A stretch of DNA of 64,000 nucleotides, taken from IMG/VR virus record IMGVR_UViG_3300032053_000032, positions 21,028 to 85,027 of that record, one strand, 5' to 3'. The stretch comes from a virus. Positions 62,804 through 64,000 of this stretch are shown here, piece after piece. Each line of letters opens with the position of its first letter. Positions within the stretch are counted from its first letter, which is position 1. A program made the position numbers and the translations under genes. The notes beneath the pieces are model-generated. The model saw only the letters and a program-made list of their open reading frames with translations. It was not told where the DNA came from and made no database searches.

Positions 62804-64000
62804 GTGAGAATCGCAATCGACTTTGACGGAACCATCGTTGACGACTCCCACGCGTACGACGACACGAGCACGCCGCTCGTCTTCAACCACGGTGCCCGAG
62901 AAGCGCTCTACTCCCTGAAGCGCGCTGGGCACTGGCTGATGCTCTGGTCTGGCCGGTCTACCGTAGGCTCGCAGATGCTGTCGTCCACCCTGAACAAGGC
63001 GCGCCTCAAGCAGATGCTGGAGTTCGTCGCGCGTGAGCTGCCAACCGTATTCGACGCCGTAGATGATGGGCACTCCGGGAAGCCGAGTGTCGACCTCTTC
63101 ATCGATGACAAGGCGATCCGCTTCGGTGCCGACATGGGCGGGGTAGGTTGGAAGCGCATCGCGGGCGCGTTTGGGCAAGCCCCCGAGAGTCAGCCAGGTC
63201 GTGTCGGCCCGAGCTGGAAAGAGATGAGCCTGGAGTGGTCCCGCGAGGTGCGGCAGCACGGCGTGAGCGAGGTGAAGTCGTTTGGCTCCATCACCGATAT
63301 CGGGAAGACCAAGGCCGGGCGGGTTATCAGGATCATGACCAGCGGATCGCGCGACTGCATCATCATCGCTGGGCAGCACGGTGAGGAGCCTGCTGGCGTG
63401 ATCGCGCTCTACAAGCACGCTCAGGAGATCTTCGACTTCGCGGCGAAGCTCGACGTGCGGCTCATCGTCTACCCGTGCGTGAACCCAGAAGGGTACGACC
63501 GCGGGCAGCGCCACAATATGGCGAACGAGCAGCCGACCAACAGCTTCTTGGAGTACCGGCTCGCTGGCGCGAAGCACTGGGTTGGCGAGGTCCCACCCGG
63601 TAAGGTCGCGCAGGGCGTCCGCGACTTCTCAAACCCTACATCCAAGGAAACGCGCTACCTGAGCGAGGACCTGCACCGTCTTGGCCTGACGAAGGGCTTC
63701 ACGGTCCTCGACATGCACGAGGACTCGATGGTCCCGGCTGGCGGCGCGTTCGCCTACGTGTTCGGTGAGCGCGAGAAGTACGCCGCCGTGATGCAGCGCA
63801 GCGGCGCGATCCCGCTCGCGAACACGAAGCTCAAGAACGACTCCTGGACCGACCTACACACCGACCTCTGGACAGACGAGCACGGACTCGTCGAGTTCAT
63901 GGACGGCACGGTCACCGACTACCTCTGGCGCCGTAGCGCGGGGATGTCGGCGTGTCTGGAGTGCTCAACGAAGGACCTGCCGTCTGCGGTAGGAATCGCG
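62804..64000 (+). CDS. HAD-family phosphatase domain fused to an M14 zinc-carboxypeptidase/deacylase domain (3'-truncated)
   Basis: Translated by hand: 'MRIAIDFDGTIV..WSGR..KP..DLFIDD', then in the same frame 'AGQHGEEPAG..PCVNPEGY..LDMHED'. Confidence 0.8.
   Translation, partial: MRIAIDFDGTIVDDSHAYDDTSTPLVFNHGAREALYSLKRAGHWLMLWSGRSTVGSQMLSSTLNKARLKQMLEFVARELPTVFDAVDDGHSGKPSVDLFIDDKAIRFGADMGGVGWKRIAGAFGQAPESQPGRVGPSWKEMSLEWSREVRQHGVSEVKSFGSITDIGKTKAGRVIRIMTSGSRDCIIIAGQHGEEPAGVIALYKHAQEIFDFAAKLDVRLIVYPCVNPEGYDRGQRHNMANEQPTNSFLEYRLAGAKHWVGEVPPGKVAQGVRDFSNPTSKETRYLSEDLHRLGLTKGFTVLDMHEDSMVPAGGAFAYVFGEREKYAAVMQRSGAIPLANTKLKNDSWTDLHTDLWTDEHGLVEFMDGTVTDYLWRRSAGMSACLECSTKDLPSAVGIA

Overview
The window is a 64 kb segment of a high-GC, contractile-tailed (myovirus-like) dsDNA phage; no integrase or host gene is visible. 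Gene order: baseplate and tail-fibre genes (1-17.1 kb, +); lysis genes (17.2-18.8 kb); a leftward accessory arm (18.7-28.5 kb: orphan RNR C-terminal domain, nuclease, MoxR-AAA/peptidase-VWA pair, amidoligase plus two GGCTs); a divergent control region (28.5-28.9 kb); a rightward early/replication arm (sigma-like factor, SF2 helicase, initiator, DnaB, primase, UDG-PolA fusion, UvsY-like, gp32-like SSB, RecA, SbcD, dCTP deaminase, Dam, SbcC); a ParB/PAPS-reductase/cupin cluster; terminase; portal; and a HAD-M14 peptidase fusion that runs off the end. A diderm, possibly Myxococcota-like host is an inference only. The most striking signal is missing from the ORF track: the holin-like gene before the endolysin carries a -1 slippery site (C CCT TTC) and a downstream stem-loop. 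Slippage would fuse it to a start-less frame ending in four amphipathic beta-strands and a terminal Phe, a candidate new type of holin/spanin fusion. Other highlights are four combinatorially shuffled leaderless-promoter mini-gene cassettes, two related tRNA-like structured RNAs, a switch-like leader on the replication operon, and a possible DNA-modification cluster beside the terminase. All calls come from motif reading by eye; no database search or folding program was run.
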